A stretch of 64,000 nt of DNA from an uncultured Desulfospira sp. (GTDB lineage: Bacteria > Desulfobacterota > Desulfobacteria > Desulfobacterales > Desulfobacteraceae): NCBI GenBank assembly GCA_963663165.1, contig OY760175.1, positions 3,072,001 through 3,136,000 on the forward strand, in the 5' to 3' direction. Below are positions 48,167-57,434 of the stretch, piece after piece; the first letter of the stretch is position 1; the number at the start of each line of letters is the position of its first letter. The notes beneath the pieces are model-generated. The model was not told the DNA's origin. It was given only the letters and a program-made list of their open reading frames with translations, and ran no database searches. The position numbers were made by a program, and so were the translations under genes.

Positions 48167-49354
48167 TTATAAGGTCTCGATGATATCCACAAACAGATCT
48201 TTTGCGTCGTTGAACAGGGTGTTGATCTCTTCAATGCGGCGGCTGTCACCAATCCTCTGGTTCAATCCCCTTAACTGATGCAGGATGCGGTTTCGGGATT
48301 CGTCATCGGTTTCAAAGGTATCAAACAATGTGATCAGCTTCTGGATCATTTTGCCGGTCTCTTTAAGGCTGCTTTGGCGCAGGCTTTCCATTTTTTTTAG
48401 TTCAATCTGCTGATGGAAATCCTGAAGTTCGGGCAGCAGCCGCCGGGCTTTTTCAATCTGGTCAAAGGGCGTGGGGCTGGTTAATATGTTATGGAGCTTA
48501 AGATAGACGGAATAGATCTTCTCGTTGTCCCGGATGGCTTCCAGATTCGATTTAAAATCCGCCATCTGCCCGGTAAAAGTGCTCCAGAACGGGAGCTTTC
48601 GGGTGTAAAAATCGGTGAGGACCTGCACGTTTTCGGAAAGGTCCGGTATTCTGGACTTGTATTTAAGAAAGGCCAGGATAATTGAATGGGAATCCTTATT
48701 CTCAAGGAGCCTGCCGGTCAGAACCAGGCTGTTTCTGATCTGGGTGCCGCCTGGAAATCCGGATTGCCCGGCCTGGATTTGATATGATGACAGGCGGCTG
48801 TGCCATGATTCCAAGCGGTTGACTAGATAACGGGAAAAAGCATATTGATCCGGGTTTTCAGGCAGATCGTCAAAAAAACCGGCGGCCAGCGTTTTGGCCT
48901 GGGCAAAGGCCTTCTCATCCACCCGCTGGTTGGTCACCACCGCCAGGGAACACCCTGGATCTTTGACCAGGGCCTGTTTGGCCTGGCGCGGCGGGATGGT
49001 CCGGTCCGAAAAGAAAAAATGGATTTTCAGCTCTTCGGCCAGCCAGAAAACCGTCTGAAGGATATCCTGGGGATCAATGGATGAAAGCGGGCTTTCAGGA
49101 TCGGTCAGGCAGCCCAATATCACCGGACCGCCGGCCCGGTATTCTCTTTCAATAAATGAAAACACCATATCCAGATGGTCGGATGCCCTGTCATCAAACC
49201 CGAAGGTCATCTGCCGGGGACCCAATTCTATGCGTTTAACAAGCCCGATGGAAATCACAAGACCTTCTTTAACATATCCAGCAAACTTTATGGGGTCATA
49301 AACCGCCGTCAACCCATATCCCGCCAATGCCCAATCCCTAACGCAAAAACGCAT
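48167..49354 (-). CDS. Hypothetical protein resembling the C-terminal region of BREX BrxC, with no ATPase domain (true start may be downstream of 49354)
   Basis: Recalled similarity: RLESW...FPGG.QI...LLENKDS...LTDFY...FW...ILTSPTPFDQI. No Walker motifs. Confidence 0.6.
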   Translation of the reverse strand: MRFCVRDWALAGYGLTAVYDPIKFAGYVKEGLVISIGLVKRIELGPRQMTFGFDDRASDHLDMVFSFIEREYRAGGPVILGCLTDPESPLSSIDPQDILQTVFWLAEELKIHFFFSDRTIPPRQAKQALVKDPGCSLAVVTNQRVDEKAFAQAKTLAAGFFDDLPENPDQYAFSRYLVNRLESWHSRLSSYQIQAGQSGFPGGTQIRNSLVLTGRLLENKDSHSIILAFLKYKSRIPDLSENVQVLTDFYTRKLPFWSTFTGQMADFKSNLEAIRDNEKIYSVYLKLHNILTSPTPFDQIEKARRLLPELQDFHQQIELKKMESLRQSSLKETGKMIQKLITLFDTFETDDESRNRILHQLRGLNQRIGDSRRIEEINTLFNDAKDLFVDIIETL

Positions 49355-49510
49355 CGCGTCTGCCTAAGAGACCGGTATCGGGATAGCATTATTTCAGGCG
49401 TAAGATCAAGGGTTGAAAAAACAAAACCGTTTCCATCCGTTAAAACGGCTTTATATTTTTGTTTTTGTAACTATTCAGCTAATGCTGAAAACTAAGCAAA
49501 ACCAGGGTCC

Positions 49511-49618
49511 GTAACTGTTCATCAGTGCTTCATATTTGTTTAGTCAGGACTTCGTAGCATACTTTTGCTATGTGAGAAGGCCTGAATGAGCGAAGATGGG
49601 GCACTGCTGAACAGTTAC
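49511..49618. repeat. 108-bp MITE-like palindromic element
   Basis: Perfect 11-bp terminal inverted repeats GTAACTGTTCA / TGAACAGTTAC with nested pairing; centre resembles that of 36768-36895. Confidence 0.75.
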
Positions 49619-49845
49619 TTGTTTTTTTGAATATGTTGCGCTGATCTCGAATCAATTCTGTGTCCTGTAGTCCCCCCCATCTTTATGCAACTTTATGCAA
49701 AAATTTTTCCAGGTGCAAGGACTCGGATTTATATCCACCCCATTTATGATGGACGATTAACGCAAAACCATGTAAGACCAACAGAAGTGATGGCCATAGG
49801 TGTCTCACTATTTATTGTCCTCTGTCAGATTAAAGGAGACCGACT

Positions 49846-50184
49846 TTGAGTAAACATATGCAAATAACCGTAACTATCCGGCCTTTTTATTCCAAAGACT
49901 TTGAGGCGGCTTTCCCGAAATTTGCCCGGGCTCTGGGAGCCTCGGCTTCAGGGTTGGTTAACCGTGAGCCCTCTCTTTATGATTTTGCAGGACAGATCGA
50001 TAAACTCCTCTACCGGACAGATGGGACACCACTCAGGCAGGTTCTGATCCGGTATAAAGATGAGTTGAAAAAACTCCACACGGCCACCCAGGAAGAAATC
50101 GCCAACCGGAATCTTTCTGAGGCCGACAAACTGCTGTACCGCATTGAGGACATCTTCGAAGAAATAGAATCTGAGTTGGAATAA
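49846..50184 (+). CDS. Hypothetical protein
   Basis: TTG start after AAGGAG; 112 aa with helical composition. Confidence 0.78.
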   Translation: MSKHMQITVTIRPFYSKDFEAAFPKFARALGASASGLVNREPSLYDFAGQIDKLLYRTDGTPLRQVLIRYKDELKKLHTATQEEIANRNLSEADKLLYRIEDIFEEIESELE

Positions 50185-50263
50185 TTCTAAATAGTTAGAT
50201 TCCTCTATTATGCCCGCGTTAAAAGACAGGGGCAGCGGTTAACCAACCCGGATATTTCACGGG

Positions 50264-51550
50264 CTAAAGGCCATAGGTCTTGCCCTGTTCCGCCAACGGC
50301 AGCGGGGCGTTGGCAAGAAAAGGGGTATGATACCCCAGGACCTGTCCTGGAACAGACTGAGCAAGATGTTCAAGGGCTTTCCAATGGGTGTGGACACTGT
50401 TTGGATTGTCAAAGTCCACTTCATGGAATGTAAGGTCGCAGTCTGCAAACCACTGAGGTAAAAGTGCCTCTCTTCCGACAATCTCGTTGATCCGCGTATC
50501 GAATTTGGTATCTCCGGAATACCCGAATGTTTTCCCTTTTGCCTTGAATTTCAGGCCCAGTGTTCCGTAGGGTAAAAAATGATGATTCCATCGGCACTCA
50601 ATATCAAGGCCGTCAAGGTCAAGCCCTTTTTCAGGAAGAATTGAAATCAAGTTGACCAGACTTGAAAAATCCGGACACAAAAGAGAAAACTGCTTCTTTA
50701 ACAGATTATATACGCTGGGCGAAGTGATGAGATTGATGGGCTGTTCTTTTTTCTGAGCCCGTTTCAGACATGCAGAAAACCCCTGGATATGATCTTCATG
50801 ATTGTGTGTAATAAGGATATGGGTGATGTCGTCCCAGTGAATCCGGTTCCGGGCAAGGGTGTGGGCCGGATATCCGCACGGATCTATCCAGATCACTTTG
50901 TCACCGAACCGGACAACGCTGCTGGCAACGGTTCCGACAAATCCGTTTCCGGTTCCAATGGGTGTAATTTCAAAATTCGGCCGATACCTGGAATCCCTGG
51001 GGACTTTCCCAAGTTCTTCTTCAACGATTGCATCTGAATCATAAGAGGGCTTAAGATCACTTTGATTATAAAGGGTTTGGCCTTTTTCCGTTAAAACAAT
51101 ATTTTGATCTTCAATCAGAATCTTCAGGGCACCGTTCTCGTATGCAGAGGAAACCGGGTGCCGGCCAAACCATTTTTTCAGCCACCTTTTTTTAATAATA
51201 TGGATGCGGGCATCGTCAAAAAAATAGGAAAACGTTTCATCCAGGTGGCGGTAAAGAAGGTCTACATTCTCTGGAAAGCCGACATAGGCCCGCTTGATGC
51301 TGCCCTTTACCTGTGCCTGCCACAACACAAATTCCTCACCCGTATAATTATCCCCTGCCATAGACCCTGCCCACGACGGAATGAGGACGATTTCTTCTCT
51401 GAAACCGTAAAAATTCAACAGCTTGGAGATATCCGGCATACTTCCTATCCTGACGATTCCCTTTGATGTTTTTACCATATCAATATGCATGCCGTACTGT
51501 TCAATTCGTTGCGTGCTGCCGTTGACCCGAATCAAAGAGCTTGTGCCCAT
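50264..51550 (-). CDS. Metallo-beta-lactamase-fold hydrolase (RNase Z/phosphodiesterase-like) with a long N-terminal extension
   Basis: IGTGNGF, ITHNHEDH, NHH, YSGDT, FHE, VHT, GYH. ATG 51550 follows AAAGGAG. Confidence 0.88.
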   Translation of the reverse strand: MGTSSLIRVNGSTQRIEQYGMHIDMVKTSKGIVRIGSMPDISKLLNFYGFREEIVLIPSWAGSMAGDNYTGEEFVLWQAQVKGSIKRAYVGFPENVDLLYRHLDETFSYFFDDARIHIIKKRWLKKWFGRHPVSSAYENGALKILIEDQNIVLTEKGQTLYNQSDLKPSYDSDAIVEEELGKVPRDSRYRPNFEITPIGTGNGFVGTVASSVVRFGDKVIWIDPCGYPAHTLARNRIHWDDITHILITHNHEDHIQGFSACLKRAQKKEQPINLITSPSVYNLLKKQFSLLCPDFSSLVNLISILPEKGLDLDGLDIECRWNHHFLPYGTLGLKFKAKGKTFGYSGDTKFDTRINEIVGREALLPQWFADCDLTFHEVDFDNPNSVHTHWKALEHLAQSVPGQVLGYHTPFLANAPLPLAEQGKTYGL

Positions 51551-51569
51551 GCCGCTATCTCCTTTGCTG

Positions 51570-51589
51570 ATTTGTAATCGTTTACAAAT
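51570..51589. promoter_or_regulatory. LacI-family operator, hydrolase side
   Basis: ATTTGTAATCGTTTACAAAT palindrome with central CG. Confidence 0.8.
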
Positions 51590-51729
51590 TTTATTTATAT
51601 ACATTAGGATTTATAGATGCAACATTTAATTTACAAGAGAAGTTAATTTTAAATTCTATTTAATATTAGCATCTTATTATTAAAAGCAAAACTGCTTGAC
51701 ATTCCACACCCAAAAAGAATATAAAAAAA

Positions 51730-51743
51730 TGTAAACGCTTACA
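51730..51743. promoter_or_regulatory. LacI-family operator, regulator side
   Basis: TGTAAACGCTTACA just downstream of TTGACA(51696)-18 nt-TATAAA. Confidence 0.8.
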
Positions 51744-51752
51744 GGAGACGCC

Positions 51753-52766
51753 ATGAGCACCATCCTTGATGTGGCAAAATTAGCAGGGGTATCCACGGCC
51801 ACTGTTTCCAGGGTAATCAACTCTCCGGACTCAGTCCGGGAGCCAACCCGTGAAAAAGTCAGGCGGGCCATGGCTCTTTGTAACTATAAATACAATGCCC
51901 TTGCACGGGGTTTTGCCACAAAACAGTCCAACACCATCGGACTGATCATTCCCAATATCAACAACCCCATTTTTGCCGAATCCACCCGGGGGGTCCAGGA
52001 TTATGCCCATAAAAATAACATCCAGGTCATTCTCGGAAACACTTACTACCAGAATGAACAGGAAGAAAATTTAATCCGGACGCTAAGGGAAAAACAGGTG
52101 GACGGTCTGATTTTGACCTCAACTGATCCCAAAAGCGCGACCATCAGCGCATTGGTAGAGGAAAAATTTCCACTTGTTTTGCTGTACAGCACCATAAAGA
52201 AAGGCCCCGTATCTGCCGTGGGGGTGGATAATTATTACGGCGGCTATCTTGCAACCGAGCACCTCGTCAAACTCGGCCACCAAAGAATCGGCATGATTGC
52301 AGGAAAATTTTCCATCTCGGACAGAAGTTTTCATCGTTGGCACGGGTACAGGCAATGCCTGAAACAGTATGGCCTTGCCTATGACAAGAACCTCTTGCGC
52401 CAGACAGAGTATTCCCTTTCAGGGGGAATTGAGTCAATCAAATCAATGCTTGAAACCAACGATCCTCCCTCGGCTGTATTTTGTTCTAATGATTATCTGG
52501 CCATCGGGGCCATAAAAGGGGCAAGAGAGGCGGGGATAAAGCTTCCTGAAAGCCTGTCCATTGTCGGGTTTGACAATATCCAGATTGCATCCTATGTCAT
52601 CCCGGAACTGACGACCGTTCACCAGCCCGCATATGAGATGGGAAAACAGGGCGCTAAGGTCCTTTTCAAGCTGATGAAAGAAAAACAAAGTCCTCCGGTT
52701 CAAATCATGCTGGAGGCATCTCTTGTTGTCAGGGATTCAACAGTCAGGGCAACTGAGACCGGATAA
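51753..52766 (+). CDS. LacI family transcriptional regulator
   Basis: TILDVAKLAGVSTATVSRVIN, YNALARG, SIVGFDN, LTTVHQP. Confidence 0.96.
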   Translation: MSTILDVAKLAGVSTATVSRVINSPDSVREPTREKVRRAMALCNYKYNALARGFATKQSNTIGLIIPNINNPIFAESTRGVQDYAHKNNIQVILGNTYYQNEQEENLIRTLREKQVDGLILTSTDPKSATISALVEEKFPLVLLYSTIKKGPVSAVGVDNYYGGYLATEHLVKLGHQRIGMIAGKFSISDRSFHRWHGYRQCLKQYGLAYDKNLLRQTEYSLSGGIESIKSMLETNDPPSAVFCSNDYLAIGAIKGAREAGIKLPESLSIVGFDNIQIASYVIPELTTVHQPAYEMGKQGAKVLFKLMKEKQSPPVQIMLEASLVVRDSTVRATETG

Positions 52767-52855
52767 AAGAGGATTTATAACTTAAAAAAGGAGGGCATTG
52801 ACTGATTTCAAGATCGGCTCAATCAATTTTTAACTGTTATTTTAAGGAGAGACTC

Positions 52856-54148
52856 ATGAAAAAGCGGTCAGCAAGTAATAGCGTATTTAAATTTATTATC
52901 GTTTCGTTGATGTTTGTGTTTTTTTCCATCCCGGCCAACGCAACAGAGTTAACCATGTTTTATCCTGTCGCCGTGGGCGGGCCACTGACAAAACTGGTGG
53001 ATAAACTTGTTTCCGAATTCCAGGCCGAAAATCCGGATATTCAGATAAAAGCCATATACTCGGGAAATTATTCCGATACCATGACCAAGGCCATGACGGC
53101 ACTAAAAGGGGGAAATCCGCCCCATCTGTCCGTCATTCTTTCCACTGAGATATACACGCTTATTGATAATGAGGCGATTGTTTCCTTTGATGAACTGGTA
53201 ACGACCCCCGAAGAAAAACAATGGCTGGACAGTTTTTATCCCGCTCTCATGGAAAACAGCCGGACCGGCGGAAAAACATGGAGCATTCCCTTCCAACGTT
53301 CTACCATTGTCATGTATTATAACAAGGATGCATTTAGAAAAGCCGGACTGGATCCCGAGATGCCGCCTGCAACCTGGGATGATATGGTTGAAATGGGCAA
53401 GAAACTGGTTGCCAAAGATGACTCCGGCAAAGTCACCCAGTGGGGAATAGAAATTCCATCCACCGGTTATCCTTATTGGATGTTCGGTGCTTTATGCCGT
53501 CAGAATGGAGAGGTTCTCATGAACGGGGAAGGCACTGAAGTCTATTTCCAGAACCCGGGCGTTGTTGAAGCTCTTGAATTCTGGAAAGCCCTTGGCTATA
53601 CCCATGAAGTCATGCCCAAGGGAACCATTGAATGGGGAACCCTGAGAAGTGATTTTCTCGAGCAGAAGACCGCCATCATGTGGCACAGCACCGGAAACCT
53701 GACCGCTGTAAAGAAGAATGCATCGTTTGATTTCGGTGTTGCCATGCTGCCCGCCAAAAAGGAAAGAGGAACCCCCACAGGCGGCGGGAACTTTTACATT
53801 TTCAAACAGACAACACCCGAAGAAAGAGCGGCTGCGCTCAAATTCATAAAATGGATGACCCAGCCGGTCAGAACCGCCCAGTGGAGTATCGGTACCGGGT
53901 ATCTCGGAACCCGTCCCGATGCCTATGAGACCCAGGTGTTAAAAGATTATGTAAAAGACTTTCCAGCCGCCGCCGTCGCAAGGGACCAGCTAACGTATGC
54001 CACAGCCGAATTGTCCGTACATGAAAACGGCCGGGTGTATAAAATAGTCAACGATGCCATTCAGTCCGTACTGACCGGCGCAAAAACAAGCGAAGACGCA
54101 TTAAAAGCCGCCCAAAAACAGGCAAGCCGTATCTTAAAACGGTATTAA
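52856..54148 (+). CDS. CUT1 ABC substrate-binding protein (UgpB-like)
   Basis: Signal peptide, YSGNY, IPFQRSTIVMYYNKDAFRKAGLDP, GGGN. Confidence 0.88.
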   Translation: MKKRSASNSVFKFIIVSLMFVFFSIPANATELTMFYPVAVGGPLTKLVDKLVSEFQAENPDIQIKAIYSGNYSDTMTKAMTALKGGNPPHLSVILSTEIYTLIDNEAIVSFDELVTTPEEKQWLDSFYPALMENSRTGGKTWSIPFQRSTIVMYYNKDAFRKAGLDPEMPPATWDDMVEMGKKLVAKDDSGKVTQWGIEIPSTGYPYWMFGALCRQNGEVLMNGEGTEVYFQNPGVVEALEFWKALGYTHEVMPKGTIEWGTLRSDFLEQKTAIMWHSTGNLTAVKKNASFDFGVAMLPAKKERGTPTGGGNFYIFKQTTPEERAAALKFIKWMTQPVRTAQWSIGTGYLGTRPDAYETQVLKDYVKDFPAAAVARDQLTYATAELSVHENGRVYKIVNDAIQSVLTGAKTSEDALKAAQKQASRILKRY

Positions 54149-54221
54149 CTGCTGCACCTTTCCCCGGGCCTGCCCCAAAAGGGTCATGCCCGGGGAAATT
54201 TTGGAAAAGGACGAAAATTAA

Positions 54222-55043
54222 ATGAATTTCTGGCAAACCGGAACCAAACAAACCATTGAAACTGCCGGGGCGTGGGTTTTGGGAATTCTTTGGCTCATGC
54301 CGGTGATGTTCGCCTTTTGGAGTGCATTCCATCCGGCGGAATATACAACAAGTTTTGAACTGTTTGCGCCACTGACCATGGAAAATTTCATCAGGGCCTG
54401 GTCTCATGCCCCGTTTCCCCGCTATCTGATGAATACCTTTGTTCTGGTCACCCTTATCCTTGGCGTACAATTTGTTCTATGCACCCTGGCTGCGTACGGA
54501 TTTGCCCGGTTTGAATTCTTTGGACGGGACATTCTTTTTGCCGTGGTGCTGCTGCAGCTGATGATCATGCCCGAGGTTCTTTTAGTGGAAAACTACAGGA
54601 CCATCAGCAACCTGGGGCTTCTTGACACCATCCCGGCCATCGGCCTGCCCTACATGGCAAGTGCGTTCGGCATATTCCTACTGCGCCAGTCCTTTAAGAC
54701 CATCCCCAATGAGCTGGTAGAAGCCGCCCAGGTTGAAGGCATATCTTCTCTTGGAATTTTATGGAAGGTATACGTTCCCCTGGCAAAGCCGACTTATATT
54801 GCATACGGGCTGGTGTCTGTCAGTTATCACTGGAATAATTTTTTATGGCCCCTGGTTATTACCTCATCGGTAGGCAGCCGGCCTCTGACCGTGGGGCTTG
54901 CCATTTTCGGCGCCCCTGAATCCGGGGTTGACTGGTCTATCATTACAGCCGCAACCGTAATGACCATGGCCCCATTGCTCATCGCATTTATTTTGTTCCA
55001 GAGGCAGTTTGTGCAGTCATTTATGCATTCAGGTATTAAATAA
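54222..55043 (+). CDS. CUT1 ABC permease (UgpE-like)
   Basis: AFGIFLLRQSF, ELVEAAQVEG, WNNFLWPL. Confidence 0.92.
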   Translation: MNFWQTGTKQTIETAGAWVLGILWLMPVMFAFWSAFHPAEYTTSFELFAPLTMENFIRAWSHAPFPRYLMNTFVLVTLILGVQFVLCTLAAYGFARFEFFGRDILFAVVLLQLMIMPEVLLVENYRTISNLGLLDTIPAIGLPYMASAFGIFLLRQSFKTIPNELVEAAQVEGISSLGILWKVYVPLAKPTYIAYGLVSVSYHWNNFLWPLVITSSVGSRPLTVGLAIFGAPESGVDWSIITAATVMTMAPLLIAFILFQRQFVQSFMHSGIK

Positions 55044-55135
55044 CGATTTGGAAGTCATCTTAAGACGTCTAAAAGGCGTTCTTAAGTCAGATACACCAAT
55101 AAAAACCTAACCCGAATTTTCAAAGTTGGATTCAT

Positions 55136-56194
55136 ATGTCAGCAATCATTTTAAAAGATGTCGACAAAAGCTGGGGCGACTTTCAAGCCTTGAGCCAAAT
55201 AAATTTTAAGTGCGATGAAGGGAAACTGCTGGTCCTTCTCGGACCGTCCGGATGCGGGAAATCCACCACGTTGCGCCTGATCGCCGGACTGGAGACCCCG
55301 ACATCGGGGATCGTTGAAATCGGGGGCAAAGACGTAACCAACCTGCCCCCGGTTAAACGGAATATTTCCATGGTGTTTCAAAATTATGCCCTGTTTCCCC
55401 ATCTGAATGTGGCGGAAAATATTCTCTTCGGGTTAAAAGCCCGAAAGGTGCCTGTATCCGAACAACAAAAGAGGCTTAAGAATGCCGCCGATATTTTAGG
55501 CCTTTCCGACCTGTTGAAGCGCAAACCCGCCCAGCTTTCCGGGGGCCAGCGTCAACGGGTGGCCCTGGGACGTTCCATTGTGGCCCAGGTGTCGGTCTGT
55601 TTGATGGATGAACCCCTGTCCAACCTGGATGCCAAACTCCGGCAGGAGATGCGCCAGGAAATCAGATCTCTTCAGCAGCGGCTGAAAATGACCATGATCT
55701 ATGTCACCCATGACCAGGTAGAGGCAATGACCATTGCAGACCAAATCATTTTGCTGAACAACGGCATTATTGAACAGCACGGGACACCCGAAGAATTATA
55801 TAACAGACCGGCAACGGCCTTTACCGGCAGTTTTATAGGCAATCCGCCCATGAACATCCTGACCCCGGATACCCTGTTCATGGAGGCATTCTCCGACAGA
55901 CTGCCCGACAGGGATCTGATGGAATCCTGTTTTGTGGGAATCAGACCTGAAAATATTGAAGTTTCACAGGACCGGGGCATAAAAGCACAGGTTGACACCA
56001 TAGAATATCTGGGTGCGGATACATTGCTGGTTTGCCGGGTCGGCCAACAGAACATTACCATGACCCTTAAAGGCAAAACCAGCCTGTCAACAGGAGACGA
56101 TATCACCCTGAACTGGGACATAGCTCACATCCATCTGTTCGACGCCCGAACCGGCCGGCGGATCGAAAATACGGGAAAGGCAGGGGCTTTATGA
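55136..56194 (+). CDS. CUT1 ABC ATPase (UgpC/MalK-like)
   Basis: GPSGCGKST, VFQNYALFPH, LSGGQRQR, DEPLSNLDAKLR, TOBE tail. Confidence 0.95.
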   Translation: MSAIILKDVDKSWGDFQALSQINFKCDEGKLLVLLGPSGCGKSTTLRLIAGLETPTSGIVEIGGKDVTNLPPVKRNISMVFQNYALFPHLNVAENILFGLKARKVPVSEQQKRLKNAADILGLSDLLKRKPAQLSGGQRQRVALGRSIVAQVSVCLMDEPLSNLDAKLRQEMRQEIRSLQQRLKMTMIYVTHDQVEAMTIADQIILLNNGIIEQHGTPEELYNRPATAFTGSFIGNPPMNILTPDTLFMEAFSDRLPDRDLMESCFVGIRPENIEVSQDRGIKAQVDTIEYLGADTLLVCRVGQQNITMTLKGKTSLSTGDDITLNWDIAHIHLFDARTGRRIENTGKAGAL

Positions 56195-57081
56195 AGCCTG
56201 AATTTCGCCTGCACTATTGGAACCATATTAATGGCTGGCTTCTGGTCCTGCCCGCTGTATTCATGATCAGCATGTTTACCCATTTTCCCATTGCATCCAC
56301 CCTGTTCCACAGCTTTTTTTCCACCGGAACAGCAGTCCATCCCTCAGAGTTTATGGGGCTTGAGAATTATGCTTATCTCCTGGACGATGAAATCTTCTGG
56401 AAAGTATTGACCAACAATTTGCTGTATTCTTTTTGTACCGTCCCCATGAGCATTGTCACAGCCCTTGGCATGGCCCTGCTCATCAACCGGAATATCAAAG
56501 GCCGCTCCCTGATCAGGATGTCGTTTTTCACCCCCACGGTTCTGCCCATGATCGCCGTAGCCAATATCTGGCTTTTCTTTTATACACCGGAATACGGGCT
56601 TTTTGATAAGGTTTTGGCCTGGTTCGGCTCGGGAAGTCACAACTGGCTGGGAAGCTCTGATACGGCGTTGTTCTGTCTTATCGTTATGGTCATCTGGAAG
56701 GAATCCGGATTCTTTATGGTTTTTTATCTGGCCGCGCTGCAGCAGCTTTCTCCGGAACTTAAAGAAGCCGGCACAGTTGAGGGGGCCGGCAGCTGGTATT
56801 ATTTCAGACGGGTAACCTTTCCTTTGCTGATGCCCACAACCCTGTTCATTATGATCAATGCCGTGGTGAATTCATTCAAGCTGGTGGACCATCTGGTGAT
56901 CATGACCAAAGGCGGGCCGGATAATGCAAGCTCTCTTTTGCTGTATTATATTTACGAAAATGCATTCAGTTTCTGGGATACCAGCTATGCGGCCACCTTA
57001 ACCGTTGTCCTGGTGCTCATACTTGCCGTTATTACAGTGATTCAGTTCACCACTGTCGAAAAACGAATTCATTATCAATAG
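56191..57081 (+). CDS. CUT1 ABC permease (UgpA-like)
   Basis: YLAALQ..ELKEAG.VEGA, VTFPLLMPT, TKGGP. Confidence 0.92.
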   Translation: MKPEFRLHYWNHINGWLLVLPAVFMISMFTHFPIASTLFHSFFSTGTAVHPSEFMGLENYAYLLDDEIFWKVLTNNLLYSFCTVPMSIVTALGMALLINRNIKGRSLIRMSFFTPTVLPMIAVANIWLFFYTPEYGLFDKVLAWFGSGSHNWLGSSDTALFCLIVMVIWKESGFFMVFYLAALQQLSPELKEAGTVEGAGSWYYFRRVTFPLLMPTTLFIMINAVVNSFKLVDHLVIMTKGGPDNASSLLLYYIYENAFSFWDTSYAATLTVVLVLILAVITVIQFTTVEKRIHYQ

Positions 57082-57099
57082 GCAGATCTAAAAGTTGAT

Positions 57100-57136
57100 A
57101 ACCGGCCCTGTCTTTGGATTAAGGTCCGGGCCGGTT
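57100..57136 (+). terminator. Hairpin after the ABC operon, probable terminator
   Basis: AACCGGCCC...GGGCCGGTT followed by T-rich sequence. Confidence 0.55.
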
Positions 57137-57192
57137 TATCTGCTGTTTTTGATTTTTACCCCGGATAATTTTCGAAGGCCGGCTCTTATATT

Positions 57193-57398
57193 TTAAAATG
57201 AGCAATCATGGGAACCAAAGCATTTGGTAAATACAAATAGATCAAGCTGATCCGTGTTCAGCAGGTACACTGCCAGGTCAACGCCGTCCGTATCCCCGTC
57301 GTCATCTATGTCACCGCCACATTTTTTGGGGTTCACCGGTATTCGAACCAAAACGTAAAACCCGGAAAATTCAAAATCCGTATCATGTCCCTGGAATT
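57193..57398 (-). repeat. 206-bp direct repeat, copy 1; encodes an orphan dockerin/EF-hand-like C-terminus
   Basis: Gap-free alignment to 59603-59808 with 30 mismatches by hand count (~85%). Translates to ...CGGDIDDDGDTDGVDLA...FGSHDCSF*. Confidence 0.9.
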
Positions 57399-57434
57399 CT
57401 TTTGTCCCTGGAATTCTTTGTTTGTGATCCCAAA

